IMG/VR virus record: IMGVR_UViG_3300034116_001553
Reading direction: 5' to 3' (one strand)
From: an uncultured virus (IMG/VR IMGVR_UViG_3300034116_001553)
Lineage: Duplodnaviria > Heunggongvirae > Uroviricota > Caudoviricetes
DNA: 61,562 bases
This document shows positions 48,309-58,344 of this stretch, in pieces. How positions within the stretch are numbered: position 1 is the first letter of the stretch; the number at the start of each line of letters is the position of its first letter. The position numbers and the translations under genes were made by a program. The notes under the pieces are model-generated. The model was not told the DNA's origin and made no database searches. It worked only from the letters and a program-made list of their open reading frames with translations.

Positions 48309-48679
48309 GAAATTTCTTTTCTTCCGCCGCCTAGGTCTCGTTCTCTGGTGTATGTATTGGGATTCATTGCCTGCTCTTGTTCCCATGTTTCCATCACCAC
48401 ATGTCTGCAGACATTTTGGAACCATTGGTCGACTATGTCAGCATCTGTTTTTCCCGCATATCCTGCACGTAGCAGATTGGCTACAAATTTTTCATTCCAG
48501 TCAAGGTCAAATGCACCTTGATGCATATTATTGGCATCAATTTCTAAACCTAGTATTGCCACATAAGGCTCTCCACGTTCAGTAGCTAACTCTTTTTCTG
48601 TTTTCTTAGGAGCCTTTGCTTCTTTTGGTTGCTCGGGTTGTTTTGTTTTTTTCTTAAAGAACTTGTCAAACAGTTTCAT
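48305..48679 (-). CDS. Hypothetical phage protein
   Basis: 124-aa ORF. Confidence 0.65.
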   Translation of the reverse strand: MKLFDKFFKKKTKQPEQPKEAKAPKKTEKELATERGEPYVAILGLEIDANNMHQGAFDLDWNEKFVANLLRAGYAGKTDADIVDQWFQNVCRHVVMETWEQEQAMNPNTYTRERDLGGGRKEIS

Positions 48680-48943
48680 TTATGCCCACCCTCCTGCTCT
48701 AGCAATCCCAATGATCCCAACTAGGATCCAGAAAGCATTTAACAGCGTGTATGCTGGATCTCTCTTTAGTCTAGCACAATATGTTAATAGAATAGCATCT
48801 AAAGTATTGAATACCCATACAAACATAAACGGACTAGCCGGGCCTAACCATGACACCAAACTAAAACTAATGATACGCATGATAACCCCAATCATTTCCA
48901 TTTGTGGCACATGAGACTTAATGTAATTTAAAACAAAATTCAT
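48680..48943 (-). CDS. Small membrane protein
   Basis: Start reassigned to MNFVLN (48943); hydrophobic. Confidence 0.55.
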   Translation of the reverse strand: MNFVLNYIKSHVPQMEMIGVIMRIISFSLVSWLGPASPFMFVWVFNTLDAILLTYCARLKRDPAYTLLNAFWILVGIIGIARAGGWA

Positions 48944-48944
48944 T

Positions 48945-49826
48945 TTATTTCCCCCATCCGTTGCCCCATAGGTCAACGTGTAGTCTTGGACTGTAGTAAT
49001 AACCACGACTGCATGCCCAGTCTGCCACACGAACACGATTCTGCGCATAAGGAGTAACCACACCACCCTGTGGCATAACGTAAACAACACCGGTAAATCC
49101 ACCTGCTCTAAATTCTTTAACTGCACGTTCTACTTCTGCAAAATGTTCGTTGGTTTCAACAACAAATTTGAGATATACTGTGCCTAGTGCTTGATAGCTG
49201 GCAACAATGTCAGGACAGATTGCTTCCTCCCAACTCTCACCGCTGGCACTGAGCTTGGCACTGACTGAAAATGTAATTTCGCGATCTTTCTTGCCGCCCA
49301 ATGGAGCTCGTTGCCATTCGTGCATGAAATCTTTAAAACTGGGTTGCAATTTTTGAGTACCATTGGTTTCAAATGTAATGTTACGCAAATCTCCCATGTT
49401 TGGGTTACTAATTAATTCTTCATATGCACGTTGCCATCCCAACAACGGCTCACCACCTGTGATAACCAAATGTACATCATTACCATTGTCTTGTACCCAT
49501 TTGTGATTGGGTGTCAATGCCAACATTTGATCTACCAGCTTATTGTTATCAATAGTTGGACTTAGGTCTTTAAAGTCCGGATGCCAGCTGGCATAACTGT
49601 CACAGCCGGTATTGACCAATGGCAAGTCTTCAAACTTTTTAAAAGGCTGGATCAATTTGTGAGTTGCCGCAATGTCAGTGGCTTCATGACTCACTTCCCC
49701 TGGGGGCATACCAAATCCTGCACATTTAAAGTTACAGCCAAATGTGCGTAAAAAAACACTGGGTACACCAACAAAGCGTCCTTCACCTTGTGCGGAGTAA
49801 AACAGTTCGCTTACTTTTATTTTCAT
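48945..49826 (-). CDS. queE: 7-carboxy-7-deazaguanine synthase
   Basis: ELFYSAQGEG, FLRTFGCNFKC..CDS, ITGGEP, ETNGT, SPRLH. Confidence 0.9.
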   Translation of the reverse strand: MKIKVSELFYSAQGEGRFVGVPSVFLRTFGCNFKCAGFGMPPGEVSHEATDIAATHKLIQPFKKFEDLPLVNTGCDSYASWHPDFKDLSPTIDNNKLVDQMLALTPNHKWVQDNGNDVHLVITGGEPLLGWQRAYEELISNPNMGDLRNITFETNGTQKLQPSFKDFMHEWQRAPLGGKKDREITFSVSAKLSASGESWEEAICPDIVASYQALGTVYLKFVVETNEHFAEVERAVKEFRAGGFTGVVYVMPQGGVVTPYAQNRVRVADWACSRGYYYSPRLHVDLWGNGWGK

Positions 49827-49827
49827 A

Positions 49828-50676
49828 TTATGTTCCACATGATATCAAACACTGATTGTGTGTTAGATCTAGTTTATTATACAGTAATTCGTCAATGCTG
49901 TCAAATTTTTCTACTGGAGCAAAAAAACAACATGTACTCAGTTTTCCTGATGCGGCTAGATACATCGAAGGCGGCAATAAATGTATACAATTTTTTGGAT
50001 CAACCACAGTTGATATTTTTGGCATACGTATCAGATGTTGAAATTCCACCGGTGGTAAAAGATCAAATTCCTCTCCAGTTCTATAATTTTTGGCCAATTG
50101 ACGATTGCGATATAATTTAACCAATTTAAAATGTTTAAATCCTAGTTTTTGGCTAGTGCGTATACAATCTTTAACCTGATGTTCGTTGTGTGCATATGGT
50201 ATAAATTGCCATGTTGCTGTTCCACCAGCTGATATAAATGCCTTGGCATTTTCAATTACTTTGTTATAGTCTGTGCCTTGCCGATATATTTCGTGTACAC
50301 CTTTTAGCCCATCTATACCAAACCAAACGTCATGATTGATGTCAGTTAATAAATTTGCTAAATCTTTCCACCATGCAGTAGTTCTTAAGCTACCGTTGGT
50401 ATGTATTTGTATTTTTTGAGTGTGACGTTTAGCAAGTTTAATCAATTCAATAAAATTGTGAGCTATCACTGGATCACCGTAGTTTCCGCAAAATTGTATG
50501 CCGTCCAACATTGGCAGTTGATTTAGAATATCAGCTAACCGATCAGTTTCAAGATCTTGTTCAACCAGTCCTGGCTTCAATCCATATCCATTGTTGTTTC
50601 TGGGACAAGCCGGACACCAAGCATTGCATTTTGAACTAGCTTCAACATGAAGCCATTTGATGTCACTGGCTTTCAT
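49828..50676 (-). CDS. Radical SAM (SPASM-like) protein
   Basis: CNAWCPAC, GNYGDP, HTNG; start at 50676. Confidence 0.8.
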   Translation of the reverse strand: MKASDIKWLHVEASSKCNAWCPACPRNNNGYGLKPGLVEQDLETDRLADILNQLPMLDGIQFCGNYGDPVIAHNFIELIKLAKRHTQKIQIHTNGSLRTTAWWKDLANLLTDINHDVWFGIDGLKGVHEIYRQGTDYNKVIENAKAFISAGGTATWQFIPYAHNEHQVKDCIRTSQKLGFKHFKLVKLYRNRQLAKNYRTGEEFDLLPPVEFQHLIRMPKISTVVDPKNCIHLLPPSMYLAASGKLSTCCFFAPVEKFDSIDELLYNKLDLTHNQCLISCGT

Positions 50677-50941
50677 ATATGGTTGACCACTGCTGTAACT
50701 TTTTTCTTTTATTTTGAACAGCGGCTTGTATACTAGCATCATCAATAATTTTAAGTTCTCTAAGCAATTCAACCATGCACAGTACATCGCCTACTTCTTC
50801 GCACAACATTTCTCTATTGGACATTCCACGTTTCAGATGAATTTCATCTATGCCAAATCTACGTATCTTGCTTACAATTTGTATAACCTCAGCACACTCT
50901 TCCTGGAGGATATCCATCACTTCGTTTATTTTTGAGTTCAT
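50663..50941 (-). CDS. MazG-like small protein
   Basis: LQEECAEV, EEVGDV. Confidence 0.65.
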   Translation of the reverse strand: MNSKINEVMDILQEECAEVIQIVSKIRRFGIDEIHLKRGMSNREMLCEEVGDVLCMVELLRELKIIDDASIQAAVQNKRKKLQQWSTIYESQ

Positions 50942-51708
50942 AACTTCTTTGCTTTTACCAAAAGATGCCAGCCTAAATATTCTTTAACTGCTTCTCTCAT
51001 TAATTCGGGCATTGCTTCAAACCACGGCTCAAGTTCAAAAATACCCTGCTTGTATTTTTCTACATTATACATAAAGCAATGACTTTGTCGTAAGCGTAAC
51101 ACATCGAAATCTTCTTTTAGCAACTCGTGTATTTCTTCTGAAGTATATGCTTCTGCATAAGGACAATTTGCCTGAGCTTCAAATTGATCTAGACCTTTTC
51201 GAATCATAGCATACTTCCAGGAGTTTTTGGCATAGACCATAAATCTAAACTCGCCGTCGGGTGTTAACAAACTGGCAACAGTTTTAATATGATCTTGCAT
51301 GCCTGGGTAATGATGCAGGACTCCGTAGCTGTAGACCAAATCAAATTGTCCTAAGTCTAACACTTTGCGGTCAGTGATGTCAATATTGTAAAACTCACCT
51401 TCGAGGTCATAGACATTGAATCTTTGCTTGCACAAATCTAAACTGGCATCTGACAAATCAATGCCCACGTATTCGGCACCGTGACGAGCAAACTGTTCAG
51501 CATCCGTGCCAATACCACATCCAATTTCTAATACACGTTTACCTCGCCAACTGTGAAATCCAGCAAAATCAAGGATGTGTGGTTCAGCACGATATCGTTT
51601 GCTTGTTACTTCGTCAAAGTACTGTTCAGAGCCAATGGTAGCACTACTGTGCCCAACATTACATGGTTGTGTGTTCCAGTAGTCAAGAATTCTTTTTTGT
51701 AAGTCCAT
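50938..51708 (-). CDS. Class I SAM-dependent methyltransferase
   Basis: VLEIGCGIG, FDLVYSYGVLHH. Confidence 0.9.
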   Translation of the reverse strand: MDLQKRILDYWNTQPCNVGHSSATIGSEQYFDEVTSKRYRAEPHILDFAGFHSWRGKRVLEIGCGIGTDAEQFARHGAEYVGIDLSDASLDLCKQRFNVYDLEGEFYNIDITDRKVLDLGQFDLVYSYGVLHHYPGMQDHIKTVASLLTPDGEFRFMVYAKNSWKYAMIRKGLDQFEAQANCPYAEAYTSEEIHELLKEDFDVLRLRQSHCFMYNVEKYKQGIFELEPWFEAMPELMREAVKEYLGWHLLVKAKKL

Positions 51709-51710
51709 AA

Positions 51711-52553
51711 TTAATTAAATTTTGCCATTTGTTTATTTGGGTCAAACTCATCAAGCATTCTAACCCACGGGTCTTGTTTGTTTGCCAGTACATTCATAAA
51801 CCAACTAACATCTTCACCTCGAGCATGCATAAACCAAGCAATTCGACTAGCATCTAAAAAGCGTTGACGTCGATGGTCAAAGTGATTAAAGTCTCTAGGA
51901 TCTTCAGGCCGACCCTCGTACATAATTCTATTCTGAAAAGTTTCGTCGTTATTATTACCGGTTAGGTCGTGTCGATCGTGTAGTACATCAACGGAAATAG
52001 TTTCCATGATATTCAATATATAGGCAATCTGACTAATCCATGCGTCGGAAAGTTGATGTGCGCTTAGATAATCAAATAACATTAACCAATCTCTTGGCAC
52101 AATTGGAAATACAGCATAAGGGTGTTCATTGTGTGTGGGCATTCTCAACACACGAAACTTACCGGTGTGCTCTTTTATTCGACTGTCCCAGCCCTGTGTT
52201 TGCATGAGTGCATCGTCGTTCCAGAACATTAACCAACGTGCATTGCTTTTTTTAGCCAGTGCTGTTACATATTCATTCAAGCGAGTGTAGCCAACCGGTT
52301 TAAATTCCAATATTGACGTTGAAATACCTCGACTGTCAAAATCTTTAAAAATATTTTTTGCCGCCCACTCAATAGACTCTGTGTCATCATCATCCATGCC
52401 CAGTAAAATTTGTATTGATTTTACATCATCGGCGTGGTCAATCAGGCTGTTTAGACTATCGAGCAATGCAGTTGTGCGTCCTCGTGTGGGTAATAATACA
52501 GCCACATCATATTTTGGCTCTAAAATTAAAGCTGGTATTTCAATTAATTTCAT
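51711..52553 (-). CDS. Glycosyltransferase family 2-like
   Basis: VLLPTRGR, DDDD, WNDD. Confidence 0.75.
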   Translation of the reverse strand: MKLIEIPALILEPKYDVAVLLPTRGRTTALLDSLNSLIDHADDVKSIQILLGMDDDDTESIEWAAKNIFKDFDSRGISTSILEFKPVGYTRLNEYVTALAKKSNARWLMFWNDDALMQTQGWDSRIKEHTGKFRVLRMPTHNEHPYAVFPIVPRDWLMLFDYLSAHQLSDAWISQIAYILNIMETISVDVLHDRHDLTGNNNDETFQNRIMYEGRPEDPRDFNHFDHRRQRFLDASRIAWFMHARGEDVSWFMNVLANKQDPWVRMLDEFDPNKQMAKFN

Positions 52554-53083
52554 TCAAATAAATCCTCGTTCCATTCTCTATGGCCTTCTCTAAAAGCCAT
52601 GTTTGCTTGTGTTTCACGCACTTCCACTCGGTAGCACCATAAACGACTTGCTTCGTACTCTCCCCAAAAGTCAGGAATGTAAACACCGTTCACATACTTG
52701 TACAGCATGTCTGCAAGTGATTCACATCCAACTCGGGGCAAGATTGTGAGCTTGGCCAGTTTACGACGTTCCATTTCTTTGTAGAATTCTAGTTCCGGAT
52801 CATCGGCACTGACCAAGGTTGTGTGATCAAATTGATCTTCTAAAATCTTTTTAAGTTCTTTGAGACCACCATAGTCAGCGGCCCAGTTGCGGACGTCAAG
52901 GTGGTTGGTACCAAAGTAAAACTTCATACTAAACGAGTAACCATGATTCAAGTTACAATGACTGTCGGCTCTCCACTGTCGGTAGGCACACGGAAATGCA
53001 TCAATGTACTCTTTGGTACTGGTAAACTTGTAGGTCACCGGACGATACTTTTGCTCGACTACTGCGTTAAAATTGTCTGACAT
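52550..53083 (-). CDS. queD: 6-carboxytetrahydropterin synthase (QueD/PTPS)
   Basis: HCNLNHGY, DYGGLK, FDH, GCE, VRET. Confidence 0.85.
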   Translation of the reverse strand: MSDNFNAVVEQKYRPVTYKFTSTKEYIDAFPCAYRQWRADSHCNLNHGYSFSMKFYFGTNHLDVRNWAADYGGLKELKKILEDQFDHTTLVSADDPELEFYKEMERRKLAKLTILPRVGCESLADMLYKYVNGVYIPDFWGEYEASRLWCYRVEVRETQANMAFREGHREWNEDLFE

Positions 53084-53116
53084 GCTTTTCTCCTATGTTA
53101 AATTATAGCATAGACA

Positions 53117-53155
53117 GCAGAATTTGTATAGCGGGATGATGCTCTAAAGACCGCT
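53117..53155 (-). promoter_or_regulatory. preQ1-I-like riboswitch candidate upstream of queD
   Basis: AGCGG-TCTTTAGAGCATCATC-CCGCT-ATACAAA-TTCT H-type pseudoknot. Confidence 0.5.
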
Positions 53156-53164
53156 GAAGCTTGA

Positions 53165-53857
53165 CTACTTGGCTTCTACCACAATACGAATATTTCCGTC
53201 CATTTGTTCATTGTGAGTGCTAATGTCAACGTCCACAATCAAATAATTACAATCTATATTTGATAACGCATCACGGATAAACTGATTGTACATTGCACCG
53301 TTGGGCTTTGCTGTGTTAAAAAGTTTAATTAAATCAGTTTCACTTGTAAAGTCAGTGAATCTTTGAAAATTTAATGCCAGATATCCTCGCCCGCCAGGTT
53401 TGATCATTGAAACAAATTGTTGTATTTGATTCTCAAATTTAGTTAATGAACAAAAATGCAAGGCACAAATTGAAAATACTGATTCAAAATATTGTTGATG
53501 ATTTTTAACATATTCATCATCAAATTGATCATCAATGTCTCGATAGTCATCATTGAAATCTACACCAACAATATTAGGTATATATTTTTTAAAAATATTC
53601 CAGCCACATCCTATATCATATATTGTGTCCGGAGATTTTTCCAACAATGGTTTTAGATAATAAAAAGGTGTTAGAGAAAAATAAGTCTCTCGTAGCCGAT
53701 CTCCCCACATTTGTCTAGGAGTACTTGCATGTTTTTGATACGGCCAGTGTTTGGTCCAGACTAAATGGTCAAAGTCTTTTTCGAGAGTCCGGTATAAATC
53801 TGTATTCAGAAACTCTTCTTTAAATTTGGATACATTGTATTCGTTTACGTTATTCAT
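53165..53857 (-). CDS. Methyltransferase-like protein
   Basis: IYDIGCG, MIKPGG. Confidence 0.6.
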   Translation of the reverse strand: MNNVNEYNVSKFKEEFLNTDLYRTLEKDFDHLVWTKHWPYQKHASTPRQMWGDRLRETYFSLTPFYYLKPLLEKSPDTIYDIGCGWNIFKKYIPNIVGVDFNDDYRDIDDQFDDEYVKNHQQYFESVFSICALHFCSLTKFENQIQQFVSMIKPGGRGYLALNFQRFTDFTSETDLIKLFNTAKPNGAMYNQFIRDALSNIDCNYLIVDVDISTHNEQMDGNIRIVVEAK

Positions 53858-53860
53858 ATA

Positions 53861-54544
53861 TTAATTTCTTTTACACGCATTAACAATATTCATAAACTCG
53901 TTACGAACTGATGGATCACTCTTGAATACTCCGCCAAGTTTGCTAGTAACTGTTGACGATCCTGTGTCCTCTACGCCGCGACTCTTTACACAATAGTGTT
54001 GAGCATCGACTACCACCGCAATATCATCAGTGTCAAGAATGTATTGTAGAGCATGATATACCTGTTCTGTCAGACGCTCTTGAATTTGTGGACGTTTGCT
54101 AAAGTATTCAACAACACGATTGATCTTAGATAAGCCCAAGACTTTTTGTTTGGGAATGTAACCCACAGTTGCTACACCATCAATCACAACAAAGTGATGT
54201 TCGCAATTGCTTTGTACGTTGACATTACGTTCAATAACCATTTCATCGTATTTCATCTTGTTGTCAACTGTAGTACATTTTGGAAACGCTTCATAGTCAA
54301 GACCCCAGAAGATTTCATTAACATACATCTTGGCCACACGCTTTGGTGTATCCATTAGACTATCATCACTAAGGTCTAAACCCAACACTTCCATGATATG
54401 TTTAAAGTCTTTTTCGATTAACTCAATTTTATCTTTACGATCAACTGCATGTTGAAATGTAGGAGTTTCTACACCACACTTGACCAAGTGTTTGTGTACT
54501 AGTAGACCCAATTCAGGGTCGCATTTTGTTTTGTTGTATGACAT
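53861..54544 (-). CDS. folE: GTP cyclohydrolase I
   Basis: TPKRVAKMY, CEHH, GLSK, RPQIQERLT, HYCVKSRG. Confidence 0.96.
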   Translation of the reverse strand: MSYNKTKCDPELGLLVHKHLVKCGVETPTFQHAVDRKDKIELIEKDFKHIMEVLGLDLSDDSLMDTPKRVAKMYVNEIFWGLDYEAFPKCTTVDNKMKYDEMVIERNVNVQSNCEHHFVVIDGVATVGYIPKQKVLGLSKINRVVEYFSKRPQIQERLTEQVYHALQYILDTDDIAVVVDAQHYCVKSRGVEDTGSSTVTSKLGGVFKSDPSVRNEFMNIVNACKRN

Positions 54545-54640
54545 ATTGATATCCTTCCTTACGCGGATTTTAAATTTTGATATTTGCTACCTTTGTGTAG
54601 CAAGAATATTTATTAAGTTTAACAGATTTATTTAAAAAAG

Positions 54641-55180
54641 TCAAATCCTAAAGCCTGAAATTTGGAGAGTATATTTGTCTTCCATGCCTGCATTACAGCT
54701 TAGATGTTGGATATCACTATCCCACATCCAGCCCTCGCCCTGTTTCCAACCAACACTGGTTTCAAAAGTATTGTCCGGGGAAATGTATTGAATCATTTGC
54801 CCAAATTTGTAATCTTCCAAATAGACATTGGCTCTGACTTTTAGTTCAGTACGTTCAGGAAATCGTTTTTTAATTTGGTAGAATGTATCTTTGTGCAAGG
54901 TGGTTATACAGCCAGGTTGTTGTCTAATACTTGACATAGTGACAATTTCCATACCTAACTGTTGACCAATTTCTATAAAGTCTATCTGATCCGGAGTCCA
55001 CCAAAGTTGATTAATTTTAGTATTTTCATAACAGTAACTTTTTGGCAATCCACCATAGGATGCATAGATGTCAGCCATTTCGGTCACCTGATGTTTGATA
55101 CAGGTATCTTCGTGTGTGGTATAGTCGGCATTTAGAAAAATACCAAAATTATAGTCTAGTTTAATTTTTTGTACAAACAT
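54641..55180 (-). CDS. Cupin/2OG-Fe(II) oxygenase-like protein
   Basis: PGCITTLHKD..H.SCNAG..KYTLQISG. Confidence 0.55.
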   Translation of the reverse strand: MFVQKIKLDYNFGIFLNADYTTHEDTCIKHQVTEMADIYASYGGLPKSYCYENTKINQLWWTPDQIDFIEIGQQLGMEIVTMSSIRQQPGCITTLHKDTFYQIKKRFPERTELKVRANVYLEDYKFGQMIQYISPDNTFETSVGWKQGEGWMWDSDIQHLSCNAGMEDKYTLQISGFRI

Positions 55181-55183
55181 TTT

Positions 55184-55780
55184 TTAATCCTCAATGGTTA
55201 TTTGTCTACAGTCTGGATAATCAACATACACGGGTTGCGGCCTATTAACCTTGATTACGTTGAGCAGGTCCAAACCAATTTCTGCTTCTTCTATGGTGGG
55301 CTTGTAATGATAACCCACCTTGAACACCTGCTGTGATTCCCATGGCTTGATAGCTAAGTCTCTGCCGTCGTAGCGTTGAGCCAGCATGATATTGTAGGCT
55401 TCGACATCATCCAGCAAGATAGCACCACCACGACCAATGTGAAGTGGTTTGCCATGCCCAAAGCTCAGGCAGGTCAATGTGTCCGGACGATACATATCTT
55501 GTTCGAGTCTACGTGCTGAATCCCAAATGCGTGTGCCTACAAAAGGGTATTCGCCGACCCAGCGTTGCCAGGCATGATCAAGGTACTCGTATTTGATACC
55601 TAACTTGTGCATGGTCATTGGAATACTCAAATAGGTATAAGGAGTAAACTTGCACTCCTTGACTTGATCGTATCGCAAACACAGTTCAATAGCATGCGTA
55701 CAACAATCAGTCATGATTGCATATGGCGCACCGGTAAACTCTGCTAGAGCTTGTTCAAATTTTAATATTTTGTCAAACAT
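55184..55780 (-). CDS. Short DegT-like PLP-dependent protein
   Basis: DCCTHAIEL, WDSAR, SFGHGKPLHIGRGGAI; start at 55780. Confidence 0.75.
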   Translation of the reverse strand: MFDKILKFEQALAEFTGAPYAIMTDCCTHAIELCLRYDQVKECKFTPYTYLSIPMTMHKLGIKYEYLDHAWQRWVGEYPFVGTRIWDSARRLEQDMYRPDTLTCLSFGHGKPLHIGRGGAILLDDVEAYNIMLAQRYDGRDLAIKPWESQQVFKVGYHYKPTIEEAEIGLDLLNVIKVNRPQPVYVDYPDCRQITIED

Positions 55781-57653
55781 TGTCAATTTTGTTAATTCTG
55801 TTTTTTGATACTGATGCTCGTCGACCAAAATATAATTGTTCAAAGAAGTCCTGTTTGTTTTTATGCTTAAATGGATACGAAATTTCAAGTGTGTTTGGAA
55901 CGTTTAATTCGTCAGAGTTGTTGAACACATAATCGTAAATGTTGTATTGATAGTCAACAGTATACGGGTAACTACCTTCATAATGATGTAGATAATCAGA
56001 TTGCAACAACATTACTTCTTTATAAATTTCAGGATCCAACTCGCAAAATTCGTTGTTAATAATTTGATAAATTTCTTCAAGCGTCAAATCAACATTATCA
56101 AACAATATGTGGATACTGGTCCAAAGCGCACTATGCCCATCCCTGTTTGGAATAATACTTTCGCCACTTTCTAAAAAAGAAACAATAAAATTCTTCATTC
56201 TATAGTATTCTTGAGTCAGTAAACTAGTACTAGGACCGTTAACAATTTTATTTTCAATTTGAGAATAGAAATCGTAGTAACTGATATTTTTATGTTTTCT
56301 TAGGAACCTACTTAGAATATGCGTGATGCCACTATAGTGATAAGTCATTATAATATAACTAAACAAATAACTCTTAACAAAATCCTCAAGGGGCATGTAC
56401 TTTGTGGCTTTGACTACTACTTCTTTTTCCATAATATCATCACCCTCATTAACTAATGCACCAGTTACAAACTTTGGAACAGCAATACTTTCAATCTGGT
56501 GCAGAGTCCGTTGCTCATAGCTGTTGAGTTCTGAGTTTTCTAATAATTGTGCAAGCCAAACATCCAGGCTGTTGTGTTGCCCGGCCTCGAGTATCAGCCC
56601 ATGATTTTGTTTCCAAGTTTCATAGGTCTCATAGGGTAGTCCGAGGATCATTTCAGTGTATGCTGGAATACCATTTTTAAAACATTCTTCTAGCATTTCT
56701 TTAAGATCGCTGATTTCCATATTCTTTCTTTTGATAGCATCGAGAACTTGGTCGTTCATGCTTTGCACACTGACAGTAAATCCTCTATTTTTATCATTAC
56801 TAAAAAATATTTTTGCAATTTCTATAATTTTTTGTTTTGCATTTTTAGCCCATTGGGCAATAACAACATGCGGAAATCCCTTTGTGTTTTGTAATTGATG
56901 GATGTGTTGTGCAAACTTTTTATCTCTTTCATAGAGCATGCCAAAATTTGCATCAGCAATAAACAAATATGCAACACGATTGTTAGCCATCCAAGTAAGC
57001 TCGTCTAGTACCCGATCTTCTGCAAATTTAAGAACCTTGCTGTATGTTAAGCTACCCCAATCACAAAAAGTACATGAATACGGGCATCCACGGTTGGTTT
57101 CTAATACTCCTTGCCAGTAATACTCAGGATTATCCTTGACTATTTTATCAAACACACCCGATGTGTATGGGCTTGGGTACTCTAAGTTGGCCATTCTAGC
57201 AAACGTACTAACTTTTTTAATTGGTTTATTATGATATAATGATAATAGTATATCTAAAAATGCCGGCTCACCTTCACCATTGACAATTGTATCAACATAT
57301 GGATGTTTCTTAAAGAAAGATTTTTCATAGGGTAATTTAGTAACTTGTGGTCCACCAAATACAATAAGACACTTGGGCCATTTTTCTTTAATAGCCTCGG
57401 CTAGTTTTTTACAATATTCGTAATTCCAGACATAACAACTAAATGCTGCCACGGATGGATTATCAAAGTTTTTAATTGTTTCGTCAATTGACATTCTTTT
57501 AAAGACCAACTCTTTAAGTGCAAAGTTATCTTTAATCACCGGGTTTTGTACAGCAAAACTCCAAAGGCATCCTACAGAATACGGCAACCAATACCCTTCG
57601 GTTCCGCCAAACACATTTCCATGTGCGGGCTGTAGTAAGTAAACATTATGCAT
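55773..57653 (-). CDS. B12-binding radical SAM protein
   Basis: FSCYVWN, GGPQ, GEGE, RGCPYSCTFC, GLPYET. Confidence 0.88.
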   Translation of the reverse strand: MHNVYLLQPAHGNVFGGTEGYWLPYSVGCLWSFAVQNPVIKDNFALKELVFKRMSIDETIKNFDNPSVAAFSCYVWNYEYCKKLAEAIKEKWPKCLIVFGGPQVTKLPYEKSFFKKHPYVDTIVNGEGEPAFLDILLSLYHNKPIKKVSTFARMANLEYPSPYTSGVFDKIVKDNPEYYWQGVLETNRGCPYSCTFCDWGSLTYSKVLKFAEDRVLDELTWMANNRVAYLFIADANFGMLYERDKKFAQHIHQLQNTKGFPHVVIAQWAKNAKQKIIEIAKIFFSNDKNRGFTVSVQSMNDQVLDAIKRKNMEISDLKEMLEECFKNGIPAYTEMILGLPYETYETWKQNHGLILEAGQHNSLDVWLAQLLENSELNSYEQRTLHQIESIAVPKFVTGALVNEGDDIMEKEVVVKATKYMPLEDFVKSYLFSYIIMTYHYSGITHILSRFLRKHKNISYYDFYSQIENKIVNGPSTSLLTQEYYRMKNFIVSFLESGESIIPNRDGHSALWTSIHILFDNVDLTLEEIYQIINNEFCELDPEIYKEVMLLQSDYLHHYEGSYPYTVDYQYNIYDYVFNNSDELNVPNTLEISYPFKHKNKQDFFEQLYFGRRASVSKNRINKIDNV

Positions 57654-58344
57654 TTTTTGATTTTTTTATATAATTGTAAATATGCTCTGACCACATTTGG
57701 TGACCATAATCATTAAGGTGACAATCATTTTTACTTATCGCAACATTGTTGTCAACAATGAAATCCAACATATATCCAGCACCAACAAGTTTTAAATCTT
57801 GTGTGCTTTCTTTGCTAAAATAAAACGGAACATAAGTCCCAGGACACCGCAATTTTACACTATCGGTGTAACTTAGAAAATTGCAGGTTTGTTCGTATAA
57901 CGAATAATAATTGTCAAACCAATTATCATAAAAATTGATCCCAGTTGACGTAGGAGTCAATGTTGACCACTTTTTTTGTGTGTTAAGAAAATTGTTATTA
58001 CTGCGAAATAACTGTTTTGTTTTGGTGGTATACACTAAACTTTTTTTAATAGCTTCTGTGTGTACTGGGTTATCATTGTCAATGATAAAGGATTTTCGTG
58101 ATGGGTGACTCCATCCAATTATTACCAAATCGTTGTCTGTAATTCTGTTAAGATTTTCTAAAAACGTATGATAAATGAAAAAATTATCTGCTCCTGCTTG
58201 AGCATAATTTTCGTACTCTATATTTAGCTTTTTACTAAGAAGATTGGGCCATCCATGTTCGGGTGACCCAATATTGTAAGGCAAGGACATACTTTGTCCA
58301 AATACCCAAAGTTTACTGTTTTCTATTATACCAAAGCCAGGCAT
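57646..58344 (-). CDS. SGNH-like hypothetical protein
   Basis: VFGQS, NYAQAGADN, DCHLN..GH. Confidence 0.55.
   Translation of the reverse strand: MPGFGIIENSKLWVFGQSMSLPYNIGSPEHGWPNLLSKKLNIEYENYAQAGADNFFIYHTFLENLNRITDNDLVIIGWSHPSRKSFIIDNDNPVHTEAIKKSLVYTTKTKQLFRSNNNFLNTQKKWSTLTPTSTGINFYDNWFDNYYSLYEQTCNFLSYTDSVKLRCPGTYVPFYFSKESTQDLKLVGAGYMLDFIVDNNVAISKNDCHLNDYGHQMWSEHIYNYIKKSKNA

Noticed and set aside
54551..54603. Riboswitch upstream of folE
   Set aside because: Two hairpins are present, one covering the SD, but no recognisable aptamer consensus; insufficient evidence.
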